In this document: piece after piece, positions 37,201 through 50,000 of the stretch | How positions within the stretch are numbered: position 1 is the stretch's first letter | How the letters are laid out: each line of letters begins with the position of its first letter | From: Phoronis australis | Taxonomy: Eukaryota > Animalia > Phoronida | NCBI GenBank assembly: GCA_002633005.1 | Contig: NMRA01000070.1 | Coordinates: 667,872 to 731,871 of the forward strand | Direction: 5' to 3' | Length of the DNA stretch: 64,000 bases | Notes under the pieces: generated by a model | What the model was told of the DNA's origin: nothing | What the model saw: the letters and a program-made list of their open reading frames with translations, nothing else | The model's database searches: none | Position numbers and translations under genes: made by a program

Positions 37201-38881
37201 TTATTGTATCTTGAACGATGTCTACATGTACATAATTCTTGTCATTTAAAAGTGAATTGTTAATTTTCCAGAGTCCTTTACTTCTAACAATTTCTCTAAA
37301 TTTTAGGCTTAACAAGACCCCAGAATGGTCTGATCTATAGCTTGGAGCTATAGAAATTCCTTGGACACAATGCATCAAAGTTTTGGAAACCAAAAAAGGC
37401 AAGCCTAGCCTGCTTAATTGGATTTTTTCTTCGCCCAGTGAATCTTCTCTTTGAAGGAAAAAATTCTCGAAAGGGATCACAGACATCAAACGTATTAACT
37501 ATTCCCTTAACAAGTTTTGTAGCGTTTGGATTATTGCAAGATCTATAATTGCAAGTATCCAGTTCTTGACTCAGAACTAAATTAAAATCTCCACATAAAA
37601 TAAAATTATCGACATCAATTTCTTCAATTATTGAAAATATATTACTATAAAAATTCGGGTTATCAGTATTTGGACCAAACAAATTTACAAGAACGATCCT
37701 CTCTCCCTCCATAATTAGTTCTATAATAACATAATTTCCCGTAGGATCTTTGCTCACATTTTGAACAGTAAACTCAAAGTTATTGTTAAATAGAATAGCT
37801 ACTGCTCTTGAATTACTCTTGTAAGAGCTGAAATAACATGTGTAACCCCACTGAGATTCAATGTACGGCTCCAAATGACAAGCAAAGTGAGTGTCTTGTA
37901 GACAGTATATATTAAATGCTTTACTTTTTATGTAATTAAAAACATCTCTTCTTTTTTCTGGGGTTCCTAAACCCTGGAACTTAACTGAAAATTAATTCCA
38001 ATCATAGTAGAAAAATAGAAACTACTTTTACAATAGAAATTTTGAGATCACATTAAGTATTACAAAAGCTTAACGGGTGGGCAGGTGGGACCGGGTATAC
38101 ATTCACACACGCACACTCACAATCAAAGTATAAATAAAAAAATAACGAATAAACAAAACAGAAGACATCATGGACAAATAAACTGACTAGTTAACTGTGG
38201 TCTCCTTCCTGTTCATAATGGCACAAGGGTATTTGCAACCAACTCAAATAACTTACAAAAGGACAGTTCCAATGTGCCACACAGATATCTCCACTAATGA
38301 ATATCTTGGATAAACTCCATATCTTTAACTTGATGTACCTTTTCCGACCAGTCTTTCAGATATATCTTCCCATCGTAGGTCCAGTAGCCTTTCACTCTTC
38401 CCCTCGCACCAAGATCCCTTACCGCTTTGAATAGTTTTGCCCTTCGCTTGGTAACACTTTCGTTGACATAAACGCCCGCATCAACATCTTTCAGGGACTT
38501 ACGTAGACGAAAGAAATTTGAACGAGCATTGTAAGTGGTAAACTTAACCACAATAGGACGACATTGTTGCTGAGTTGATTGACTATTATGCTTGACTGAA
38601 GCGCGTCCTATTCTGCGGCTTCTACTGATATCGGCTTCATTTGTATTGGCGCCCATTTTCTTAGTCAATTCTAACACAATTTTATCAGTTGATTCTCCCT
38701 CTGTCTCCTTTTTACCAGCAATAACTCGAACATTTCTCCTGCTATACTGTTGCTGCTCATCACATTCTTCTTGTAAGGCGACAATATCAGAGTCATACTT
38801 TTGCCTCAAATCAGACAGCTCTTGCCTTATCGCTATTATTTCCTGGTCTTTTTCTTTCAACTTTTCCCCAAACTGAATTTC
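34266..38881 (-). mobile_element. L1/Tx1-like retrotransposon, copy 2 (3' end intact, 5' end lost in gap n38882)
   Basis: ORF1 is 38294-38860+ and frameshifted ORF2 is ~34398-38005. AATAAA plus an A-rich tail lies on the minus strand near 34266-34288, with the TSD half GCCTTGCATGTATT at 34252-34265. Confidence 0.9.
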
Positions 38882-38882
38882 N

Positions 38883-39410
38883 CAAAACTGCCACTAGGAG
38901 GCGCCACAGTAGTCGAAATTGTCGGAAAATCATCGTCAACCGTCCTCTACATAGTAAGCATATACATGCCAATTTTCACAATCATCCTTTGAGCGGTTTG
39001 GTTGATAGAGGGGTTGACGCACAAAAACACACTCGAAAACAGTAAAAATGGCCACTAGGTTGCGCAAACTATGTCGAATCCATCTGAAAACGGGAGGATA
39101 GCGTCATCTCACTAATAGGTGCCTACATAACAAATTTCATGAAAATCCGTTCAGGACTTTTGAAGATACAAAGTTAAGCGTAAAAAATTAAAATTGCCAC
39201 TAGGGGACACCGGTAGTCGGATCCGTCCGAACGTTCGCACATGCCGTCTCATTCACAAATGGAACATATGTGCCAAATTTCATGAACATATGTCAAAGGG
39301 TTTTGGAGATAGAGCAGCGGACGCCGGACGGACGCCGCCCGTACGGACGGGCGGACGGACGGAGATGACGGCACAATGCGTCCACATATAAATATGTGGG
39401 CGCATAAAAA
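38883..39410 (-). mobile_element. Helentron-associated non-autonomous element (HINE/DINE-1-like), 5' part
   Basis: The minus strand begins TTTTT-ATGCGCCCAC...GTGGACGCAT (stem), then a (GTCC)n microsatellite, then ~150-bp spaced repeats (gccactagg at ~38890, 39051, 39196). It is inserted in an A-rich site that is empty in copy 1 (~15125). Confidence 0.7.
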
Positions 39411-41314
39411 TTAAAGCAAATGCCCATGTCGTTTTATGTACAATACGGATTGTACAAATCGAAATGATTAGGGTAGGGTTTCGAAAACCAAACGTCTTGC
39501 AATATCGCACAGGTCGTGGGAAAAATCGGTGTACAGCGAGAATCCTTCGGCCCTTTGGGCAGGCCCAAATTGTCAAAACGTCACCAATTGTCACAAGTCC
39601 AAAACTGCGACAATGTAGGTCAGCGTTGCAGGCCCAAATTGTCACACCAATTTTTGCCTCTGGCATTTTAAATTATAAAAAGTGAATGGCGTGAGTGGAA
39701 TATTCTAACTATGGTGATGGTATGTTTTGCAAAATCAATCGTTACAATATAAAAATAGGCAAATTCACGTTCAAGAATAGCGACTGTCGGCTAAGCGAGA
39801 ACTACATGAAGTGATATTTTATTTTGGGCCGGGGGTCTTTGTACTATAACGAAATAAACTAAACTAACCTATTCTTTTAAATGATTGGAACTATTCATCA
39901 GCTGATTTAAATGGTCTTTTATTATTATTTCTGGTTCATTTCCATTTCGTTCCTAAAACATCCTAAATTAATTGACAATAAAAATTATTTATTTAATTAG
40001 CTAGTTCGTTAATGAAACGGGTAGTAAATGAAGCCTTACAAGTGTCCAAAAGATATTTTTATGAAGAAAATTATTTTCCTGATGCTTTGAAAACAATATT
40101 ATTTACAACAATTGTTCAGTTCAATATCCTAATTGGTACTTGAATGTATCTTGCTTCTCTGATCTGATGACTCTTCAACAGGACTCAATACATGTTTATC
40201 CTACAGGCCATCCGGGAATACTGATATTTAATAAAAGTTAAGATTCTCTTCTCGATAACTACTTATACTGTGTGGACAAGCTGCTTCCTTCGACTAGGCA
40301 TAACAAAAGATGTGGAAACTTGTGTTATTCACGCATACTTGTATAATTGGTATCATTCTTGAGGTTGTTTTGTGAGGCCAGAGTTGCGTTTCAAAGAAAA
40401 GATTTTTACATCATGAGATCAGGTAGAGATGTTTATCTCTTCCTGAAAAGATGTACAACGACAGCGGACCCTACAAACTTAGCGTTTTCAAAACTTGAAG
40501 TATTGTGCTCATCATGTGACTACTAGACACACTAAAGTGATGGATAAAGAATTCATCAGGTTTACGGGGAGTAATACAAGTCATGCATGATTTGGTAGAA
40601 GAGGAAAATTCAGGACTAAACCGAAACTACATCTTTTATACATTAAATTTTTACAGACACGCTCGACAAAGTAGTTCACCTTGCATCAAAAGTTTATCTA
40701 AACTTTGCACTGTGGAATTTGCAAAGCCTAAATGACCCTCAATATTGTGTCAGGTACTAAAAAACAAAGAAAAACCTTTGAATGAAAAAAGTCGGCAGCA
40801 TATGTGGAAACGTCAACCTTTGTCCAGACAACGTCATATTCGCGACGCTATTTCATCAATGATGTCGTGATTTGAGACAGGATGTCAGTAATTAACCTAC
40901 TGACATAGTTTTTACTTGAATGCTTGTGGGTCTAATTCTGGCGGAAGGAGTCGTGTCTTTGCAAGTGGACTTTTATGAGACATTTCTTTAATTTGAGATA
41001 ACTAATTCAAGGGAAAGAAATTTGTACAGAGAAGACGATAACTACGTTATAATCCAGGTTTGTTTAAAAAAAAATGTGAAATGGCACATCCCAAATTTCT
41101 TTGAACACTACCGCTCTCACAAACAACAAAAAGAGCCATCAAATGTTTGTAGCTCTTATTTCTGATTGTAAACCAAAACATCGGCTAAGCACAAGTACGT
41201 AACGAACCCGATTTTTAAATTATTACACTTAGTCGAAGGAAGAAGGCTGACACTGCAAAAACTTGCCTGAAAAAATAAATTCTTAATTTTAAGTATGGCG
41301 CATTGTGTTTTCAG

Positions 41315-42778
41315 ATGATTGCAACTAGGCTGCTTGTAATTGTCGTCCTTGTATTTGGCGTGAAGGCGACGCTCGAGGACCGATCAGTGGAGTCAGTGCG
41401 GAAAGGATGTGAAAGGGCATTCAACTACCACCCAGGCGGAGAAAACGAAATCATCAAAGGTGTAGGGCACGCCGTTCCCGCGAGGTATGAACCCCATAAC
41501 TCAAAGAACCCACTCGGAAAAGGGTTTTATCTGCCTGAGCTGGATCTTTATTCTGATCGGACAGGCGGTACGCCCATCTTTGAGACAGTGGAAGAAAAGT
41601 GCCTACTGGAATACCCATGTGACAGGCAGACACAGAACAACATTGACTTTTACGAAGATACAGAGAAGTTTTATACCAAGACTGCCACGTCAAGCTCATT
41701 AGACGCCAAACTAACGGGCAAGTACACCATGGGGGCGACACTGAACGTAAAGACGAGTTCCATTTCCTCTGGCTCAACTGATGTGAGGGGTAACAACGTG
41801 CACATGTGGACCCACACACAAACCAACGTTCTCGATGATGGCTGTTACCGGTTACCCAACAGTCCTTTATCGCAATATGTTATCAATGGGATCAATAACC
41901 TACCTTTGACCGTCAGTAATCCCCATAATCCTTCATCTTGGAGAGAATATGAAAATTTCCTAAGAGCTTTCGGCTCTCACATCGTAACCAAATCTCACTA
42001 CGGTTCGTCTATTCGTTCTTGGGCATTTTCAAAAAAAACGAAAAATTATTCACAGAGGCAATTTGAGGTGGCGGCTTGCGTTCACTTTGAAGGGCCAACT
42101 GAGGTCGGAAAGCTTGGTGTCGATGCTTGTACTGACGTGACGCAGGAAGAAATTCACGCGGCTTCTCATTTAGAAATTGTATTTAAAGTCAACGCTCAAG
42201 GTGGAACAGATAACACAAGAAATCAGATTGTATCCAAACGCACTAAAGAACTTCTCCTGAAGCTGATGAACGAAGGACGAGATAACCCTGCTCCGGTCGA
42301 TTACGATTACGAAGCGATTTGGAATGTCATCAAGTTCAAATTTTCTGGAACAGATACTCACAGCAGACAAGTTAGAGCTAAGGCAGAGAACCTTCGACAG
42401 TTCTACGAAGGATTTAAGGATTTCGGCTGCACGGAGGTGTATGTCAGTAATGTGAGAATGCGCTATTTTCGCGCGACTAGCTCGTCAAGTAGTCTGGTAC
42501 CTCAGTACGAGTGTTGGCTGGAAAGGGAAGGATGCCGCTCCAACAACGACTGTCACATCGGCGGTGCAGGTACTGTGACATATTGCTATGGCAGTACGTG
42601 TATGCAACATCAAGCCCCTCAGTTTGGCAACAAAGCTACGACAGCTATCGCCAAAACTTGGAAGAGCGGAAGCTATAAGTCAGGCCTGAACCGAACCTGC
42701 TACTACAAGACTTGGAAGATTGCTGGTTATTGCCATACTTCAACAAGTTATTATTACGCTAAAAGAATCTGGCCTTAA
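41315..42778 (+). CDS. Secreted MACPF/perforin-domain pore-forming toxin-like protein, second copy, 487 aa
   Basis: Intact ORF nearly identical to 16999-18465, with the same signal peptide, MACPF signature and Cys-rich tail. Confidence 0.88.
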   Translation: MIATRLLVIVVLVFGVKATLEDRSVESVRKGCERAFNYHPGGENEIIKGVGHAVPARYEPHNSKNPLGKGFYLPELDLYSDRTGGTPIFETVEEKCLLEYPCDRQTQNNIDFYEDTEKFYTKTATSSSLDAKLTGKYTMGATLNVKTSSISSGSTDVRGNNVHMWTHTQTNVLDDGCYRLPNSPLSQYVINGINNLPLTVSNPHNPSSWREYENFLRAFGSHIVTKSHYGSSIRSWAFSKKTKNYSQRQFEVAACVHFEGPTEVGKLGVDACTDVTQEEIHAASHLEIVFKVNAQGGTDNTRNQIVSKRTKELLLKLMNEGRDNPAPVDYDYEAIWNVIKFKFSGTDTHSRQVRAKAENLRQFYEGFKDFGCTEVYVSNVRMRYFRATSSSSSLVPQYECWLEREGCRSNNDCHIGGAGTVTYCYGSTCMQHQAPQFGNKATTAIAKTWKSGSYKSGLNRTCYYKTWKIAGYCHTSTSYYYAKRIWP

Positions 42779-44741
42779 TAAATGCAAATCACTTGTGAAG
42801 CGATAAAATTCAAAGGAACTCAATAAATTCCTTGTCACAACTTTGCATTGTCAATACCTAGTTAGCATCCGCAAGCATCAGTTTGAAGTTGCACAAATTT
42901 GCTCTTGTATTTTTCAAAGCCAGTATCAATACCCGCGTTCAGTCAAAAGGGAACTCTACATACATTCCTTTTTCCAAATACGTATATGCAACCTCAACCA
43001 AATTCACTGCATATTAAATGTTTTATTCAGTGTAATTAGGTCACCAACCACTGTATACAGAAATAAACACACTGCACAAACACAAAAACGTGTTGGTTTA
43101 AAAATGCAAAAACGAGAAAAAATAGCAAAAAAATACAGTGCAACATTAAAAACAACACATCTCCGTTACTCTGCAAGGACAAGGAGCTTGGCTATATTGT
43201 TTTCGACATTAATACCTTACGAATTCATTAAGTGAACAAAACAAGTAGCACATCTATTACAGCAATTGAAAAACTGTCAATAAATGATCGCTCCCAAAGG
43301 GTATAAATTTTAACACTTATTGCAAAATTGAAGTACAGAACAACAGAGTATGACAGGAAATTAATTCCTGTTTTCGTTAAATAAATCACACAAGAATCTC
43401 ACATCTTTTTCAGGCCCCTATCCAGCATTGAGTGGGAGGTGATTCAAATTTCTAGACCGGTGGCCCTTTGATATTTTGCAAACGTCGACACTGCAGAGTT
43501 TTCAGTATGGCCCTTGACACAGCTTAATTAGGGGGGAAGGGAAGTCTGTATACACAACGATTACTGTCAGCTCTATGTTTCTGAGATGCGGAGACTTAAC
43601 TTGTAATACCAGAAATAAGGATGCTGTGACGGTTGCTCGCAAAGAACGCCGGGACACAAATTCGGATGTAATGGTGTCCAGCAAGAGAACGTTCTCTCGT
43701 TACCTCCAGCCAAAATTTGAAATCAGTCATGCTTAAATGAGTGATTTCACCTCATTACATGCACGGACGGAAAAATGAAGTTTAGTCGGAGAATGTTTCG
43801 ACGAAATTTTTTATCTTGCATTTTTGCGCGTGATTGGAGATTCTTACATCGCTGGAAATGGGAACAGCCCCTTAGAAGGTTTACTACTCCACAGGCTCAC
43901 TACTTAGAAGTTTCTTTACTCCGAAGATTCACTGCTCCGAAAATATCTAAAAATTCAGACTCAAGAGTAATTTTCATACTTTTACATGCAAAATAAACGA
44001 TTCTTCGGTTATAAGATGCACCTATATTGAAAAAAACGCCGGGTACTAAACCACGTTGTTTTGATTTCATGACCACCGTCTAGTTGGCCAGTATAACTAG
44101 AAACGGTGGTCACTGTCTAGATTCATTTTCAATGTGCGTGCAAAATTGCCGCATGCCTTAACATGAAAAAATGAGTATGCATTTGAATTTTTAAAACTGA
44201 GAATATATAAAAGTAGGAATATTGATGAATTATCAACCACGATACATTCATCAAATCCATGTCAAGATCGCATAGCAGCGTGACTGAAAAGTTTAGGGCT
44301 GCTGCGCCTCAGCCTCACCCAAGGAACCTCGTGCACGGCCGAGCTGAAACTAAATGCAGTTAGTAGGGTACCCTGTCCCTGCCAGTCTTCACGAAGCCAG
44401 GGAGTCCCATTCAGTCTAAATTCTTAAAGTTAAACCGTCGTTTGTTGCCGCAACCCTGAGCCCATTGCTGGCGCAGCAATAAAATAAGTGGGGGCTATAG
44501 CCCCAGCACCTTATGGTGCGCGCCACCCATGCCCATGGGCAGCGCAGCACTGAAATAAGTGGGAGAGACTATAGCCCTCCAGCATCCTGTGGTACGTCGC
44601 CCATGGACCCAAGCCCCAGATGATGTCCTGTATGAGTCGTGAGCAGACAATCAGAGTAGTGAACTGTCGGAGTTCTGATTTTGGAATTGGAGAAATTCGA
44701 AGTAGTGGATTTTCGAAGGTAACGGACCTTCGGAGTCATAG

Positions 44742-45623
44742 CCTTTGACCATCAGCAACCCCGAGTCCTCATCGCACTGGAGAGAATATGAAAATTTCCT
44801 CAGAACTTTTGGCTCTCACGTGGTGGTAAAATCTCACTACGGTTCGTCCATCCGTTCTTAGGCATTTTCAAAAATAACTAAAACATATTCACAGAGGCAA
44901 TTTCAGGTGGCAGCTTGCGTTAACTTTGAAGGGCCAACTGAGGTCGGAAAGCTTGGTGTCAATGCTTGTTCTAATATAACGAAAGAGGAAATTCATGCCG
45001 CTTCTTCCTATCAAATGTCGTTTAATGTCAACGTCCAGGGTGGAACAGACGAGACAAGAAATAAGATTGCACTCAAACGCACTAAAGAACTTCTCCTGAA
45101 GGTGATGGATGAAGGAAGGGCAAATCCTGCTCCCGTCGATTACGATTAGGAAGAGATTTGGAATGTCATCAAGTTCAAATATCTCGGAAATGATCAGCTC
45201 AGCAAAGATATTAGAGCTAAGGCAGAGAATCTCCGACAATTCTATGAAGGGTTTAATGATTTCGGGTGCACGGAGCAAAAGGTCAGTGGTGTGAGAATGC
45301 GCTATTTCCGGGCGACTAGTCATTCAAGTAGTCTGAGGCCTGAGTACGAATGTTGGATGGAAAAGGAAGGATGTCGCTCCAACGACGACTGTCACGTTGG
45401 TGGGGCTGGTACTGTGACGTATTGCTATGTCAATACGTGTATGCAGCACAAAGACCCTGATTTTGGTAACAAAGCTATGAAAGCTGTTGCGCAAACTAAG
45501 CAGACCGGGAGCTATAACGAGAAGTTGAATCGAACCTGCTACTACAAGTTCTGGAAGGCGCAGGGTTATTGCGACAATTCAGCCCCCTATCAACACCCTA
45601 GCAGAATCTGGCCGAAACCATAA
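44742..45623 (+). pseudogene. 5'-truncated MACPF paralog, second copy
   Basis: Same 5' breakpoint as 20629. It has stops at 44859 and 45147 and ends RIWPKP*. Confidence 0.9.
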
Positions 45624-47069
45624 TTGCAAAATTTTTGTGATGCAATGAAATTGAAAGGAAGTCAATAAAAACCTAATCAGTATTTTGCATTGTCAATACG
45701 TACATATAGGATACTGAAAGAGTAATTGGGATACGCAAGAATGGGCACCCATAAAATCTTAAAGCGGTTATAAACGGGTAAGAAGAGAATTCTGAGTTTC
45801 TGAAGAACTCACTTTTGAATTCTTATGTGATGTTAGGCGGGTAAAATGATATGCCTTGAAAAGTCACCTTGCTGAGGTCTCAAGCAATAGCAAATGGCAA
45901 GTTTTTCGAAGCACGGTCATCACCACAACTTTTACTATGAAACAATTTGAAATCAATTTCGGAACGGTTGCTATATATTGTCAATTATCACAGGTGCAAT
46001 GTACAAAATCAATTACAAAATTCAATATCCAGCAGGTTGAAACTTCTGTCCGCATAACATGGGATCTGAAAGTGGCACTAAACGCCTGAAGACCATATTA
46101 ATATCTGGCGGGATAGTGAATTTCAATATGTCGCAGCTGTTTCGAAAATCGTCTATTGGTCCGAGGGTGAGTAGAAAAAAAGTTATTTCTATTGTTGCTA
46201 CCAAGTAAGAAATCAGACAAACAACAATCTGATGACTCTCAAACTTATAAGAATTAATTACATTTTTTTCTGAAATAAAATGTTTTATTTAGATCACCCT
46301 CATATCATCATGCACTCGAGCAAGCTCTCAAACTACCACAAGAAGTAAAACAGACGGGGGTCGGAGTTTTTTGGAAAAAAGGCACAGCTCAACCATGGCG
46401 TAATCACGGACAATGTGTTTGAGGGCACTTGTTAGTTTTGGTTTGGCTTGGACAGTGCTAAAACCTGAACAGTATACTGGGTTGAAAACCTCGCACGAAG
46501 AAACTGATTCAAAATTGAATTTTTCATCCTTCACGAATATTGCATGAATTGCAGGTCTTATCCCACGGCAAGCGATTACTATAAACTGCATGCGGACAGT
46601 TAATACACGGTGAAAGACGCGTGTCTGTCAACCAGATTGTTTTGCACATCCCAAGTGTCTGAACGGTAAGTGAATTTCCTGCTCAATTTAAACTTTTCGC
46701 TTGAAAGTCTTCAGTGTTTAGGAAAAAACACGGCGGGTCAAAAGTGAGTCAAGTTGCCAGTACCAGACTCAATAATCAATTAAATGCCAGACGCTGTCTT
46801 CATATGCAACCCAAACCCAAACTGTCCAGCCAACCTAACATGCGCAATTTTTCATGAAATCAACGAGGAAATTAAGCCGTGGCTCAAAAAAATAAAAAAA
46901 CTATTCGCACCATTGCATATGGAATTTTTTTAGATTTGACGAACTCATTTCCAATTTGGCAAACTAGGAATTTTGCCAGCCGAGGTTGCATGTAACGAGT
47001 TGACGCAGAAGGTCAAGCAAGTATGACATTACTACCTTACTCAATGATCTACCATTGCCAAGATACTCT

Positions 47070-50000
47070 GAGGGCCGTACGAAGCGGGGGGGGAGCGAGG
47101 GGCATGTGTCCCCAAAATTTTGCAGGCGTCAGAGTTAATCAATGGCAACCGACATAGGCGTGGGGACGGGGCAGTCGAGAAAACAAAGACTGTGAATACG
47201 GATGAAAGGAAATTTAAGATAACATTTGACAACTCAATATTAGTACGTGTATGGTTTACCCTTTGAGGACCCTGGGAGGGCACTGGCCAGGATATTGTTG
47301 TTCGGCCGGGTCTCCGTTTTTGTAGCATAAGTCGTCTAAACGGACTTGAAAACATGTTTTCCAGAGGCCCCTCTCTGGCAAAGGATAATAGAAACAGATG
47401 TCGCTCTATTTTTCGTTTTTTTTCTTGAAATTGTATATCACTTGAGAAAAAGTGATGACCAGACAAATAATATCAATTGCTGCACATTTTCTGATCTTTG
47501 AAAATATAGATCTTTTCATATTTAGGGACCCAGCCCTTGAAGTGGGCCATTGGCGACATTCAAGTGGCCACCCTTTTCGTTATTTTATTGGCAAATTCTT
47601 AAGAGGCCGCTCAAGGAGAAAGGGCCCAATGTTGGAATCGATTTCCACTATTTTCCTGTTTTTTGTGAAATCGTACAACCTGCTTTCTTGTTGAGGAATG
47701 TCACTTCTTGCAGGGTCACATGACGATGGAATGTCACTTTTTCCAAACTTAATGTTGTTAAGCATTTCATCTTATAATGTACCATTTCAGATGGGACCCT
47801 CTTTCATTGGGCAGGTCAGGGGAATTGTCCCTTTGTCCATCTTTACATGTAAACCTGACACTGCCAAGTATTCACGAGGGGAAGTTGAGATTCCAAATTC
47901 ATTAAAAACATAAAACAACCGTGCTCAGCACAGCAGTACATTAAAACGCTCGACTCAAATTACCAAAAATGTGAAAAATACAATGGGATTGACCCCCCCT
48001 CGAAAAGGTATAATTTTGAAGAACGTGAAGACCAGGATTTGCGAATTACTCAAAATGATTATTTCCGATGGTTAGTTATAAAACAATGTTACTTTTCCTG
48101 CAGTATCACGAGAATAGTATTTCTTTTGAAGATCGTTACCAGGAGTTGTTTGTAAGAAATTCGCACATGACGAAAAGACTTTCGATGCTACGAGTTGTGG
48201 TGACCATGCACAAGAAGAATGAGGGTACTCAAAGTACTTGCAATCATCAACAAAAATGTCACCGTTTAACTCGTGAACCGTTATAGGTACCTCTGAAATG
48301 AGCATCAATACACCTAAATACAAATGCCCGTCTCCCATGTTCCCCCAGTTAACCGTCAAAAATCTGCGAGCATGCACGCGGAAATTGCTTATGACAACAA
48401 ATTTGTTGGTTTCTGTTTAATTGGATGTTTATGTACCTAGGAAAATTGACATAGAATCAGATTTGGCAAGTAGAAGCTAGTCTTGTAAGAACTAATGATG
48501 TCTTAGTGAACTCAGTTGCAACTTGAAATTAGAAAACTCTATAATCCGATCCTCAATTAGACGATTTTTGCAAAGACATGATGAAATACGGACAGTTCCC
48601 AAAAATATACTCACAATTCAAATGATAATAAATGCATTGCTCTTTGACTTAGGTACAAGATTAGTCGTTTAAACTCACAAACATTAGATCAAAGAGGAAT
48701 TAAGTCATTAAATCAAGGAAAAAAAAATTCTCATGGAATCGATTGTTGATTTTTGATTTACATGTTTATGAATCTACGAAAATCGAATGATTGATAGATG
48801 ATCTTTTGCAATTAGAAGCCAATCTTGTAAGAAATTACGGTGCTTCACTGAACTTAGTTGCTGGCTGACGTTTCCCCAAATAGCACAGTGTACTAAACGA
48901 TTTTTGTATATCTGAAATAAGTCTCAAGGGTATTGATGAATGTCTAACAGCTCTACAAAGTGTTCCAAAATGTTCTCTCAATTCAAATGGCAAAAAATTG
49001 TTGACTTAGGAACTATATTGGTGGTCAAAATTCACAAACCGTAAAAGAAGTTTAAGTCCTTAAGTAAATAAAATTGTACTCATTGCTCATTAACTTGAAA
49101 TGATTGTCTTTACACTTCCTTGGTGTTTTTAGTTTCCAGTAGTATAGCCCAATGAATTTTGTTCTTCAAAACTGAATCGTTTGCTTGCATTTCCCATGCA
49201 AACTACATACTGACGGAGCACGTCATGACTGACGCACCCACGTTAAAAATGAGGTGTAACCATGCAGTAGGCCCGCGCAGAATCTTAGTGATCCCGGGAA
49301 CTGAATTTGAACTCCAGGCTTTGAGGGATGTACATTTTTGGTACACAAGCTGTATAATTTTCTCCAGCCACCAGAAACTGGACCTTGGACCCAGCGCAGA
49401 CGGATAGGTACGAGTTACGAGCTAAGCTACCCGTCTGAAGTGAATCATAGCTGAGCTGCCAGCGACTAGCTTTAGTTCATCGAATTTCGCATGTTCACAC
49501 TGTTAAAGATCTCATCTACAGTTACCACAGTTACTTAGGCAGCTCCCAGCTTCCCTAGGCTCATTCTGTAACTCTCTGTGAACAGGCCCGTAGGAAGGCA
49601 AAAATTATGGGGGGGGGGCAAAACATTTCGATTTCGCCAACCCCCCCATCGCCACTACTTCTGCCAGCCGCCCCCCTCGCCACCATATTTGTACCGAGTC
49701 TCCCACGTCCGCCCTAGGTGTGTGGTACAGTGGCGGGGTAAACTTGAACTTCACTGACAACAAAAATACGCTTAAATCTTTATTTATGATTGCGAGAGTT
49801 CTTTGAGTACCCCGTTTGGACATGTACACGGTCATCACAAATAGCAGCTTAGACAGCAGAGGTTTCCACATGTGGGAATTCTTTGCAAGCAACTCATAGT
49901 AACCATCTTCAAAAGAAAAACTATTCTTGTGATAGTACTGGAAACAGTAACATTATTTAATAACTAACCACCGGAAATAGTTCTTTTGTGTAATTTACAA

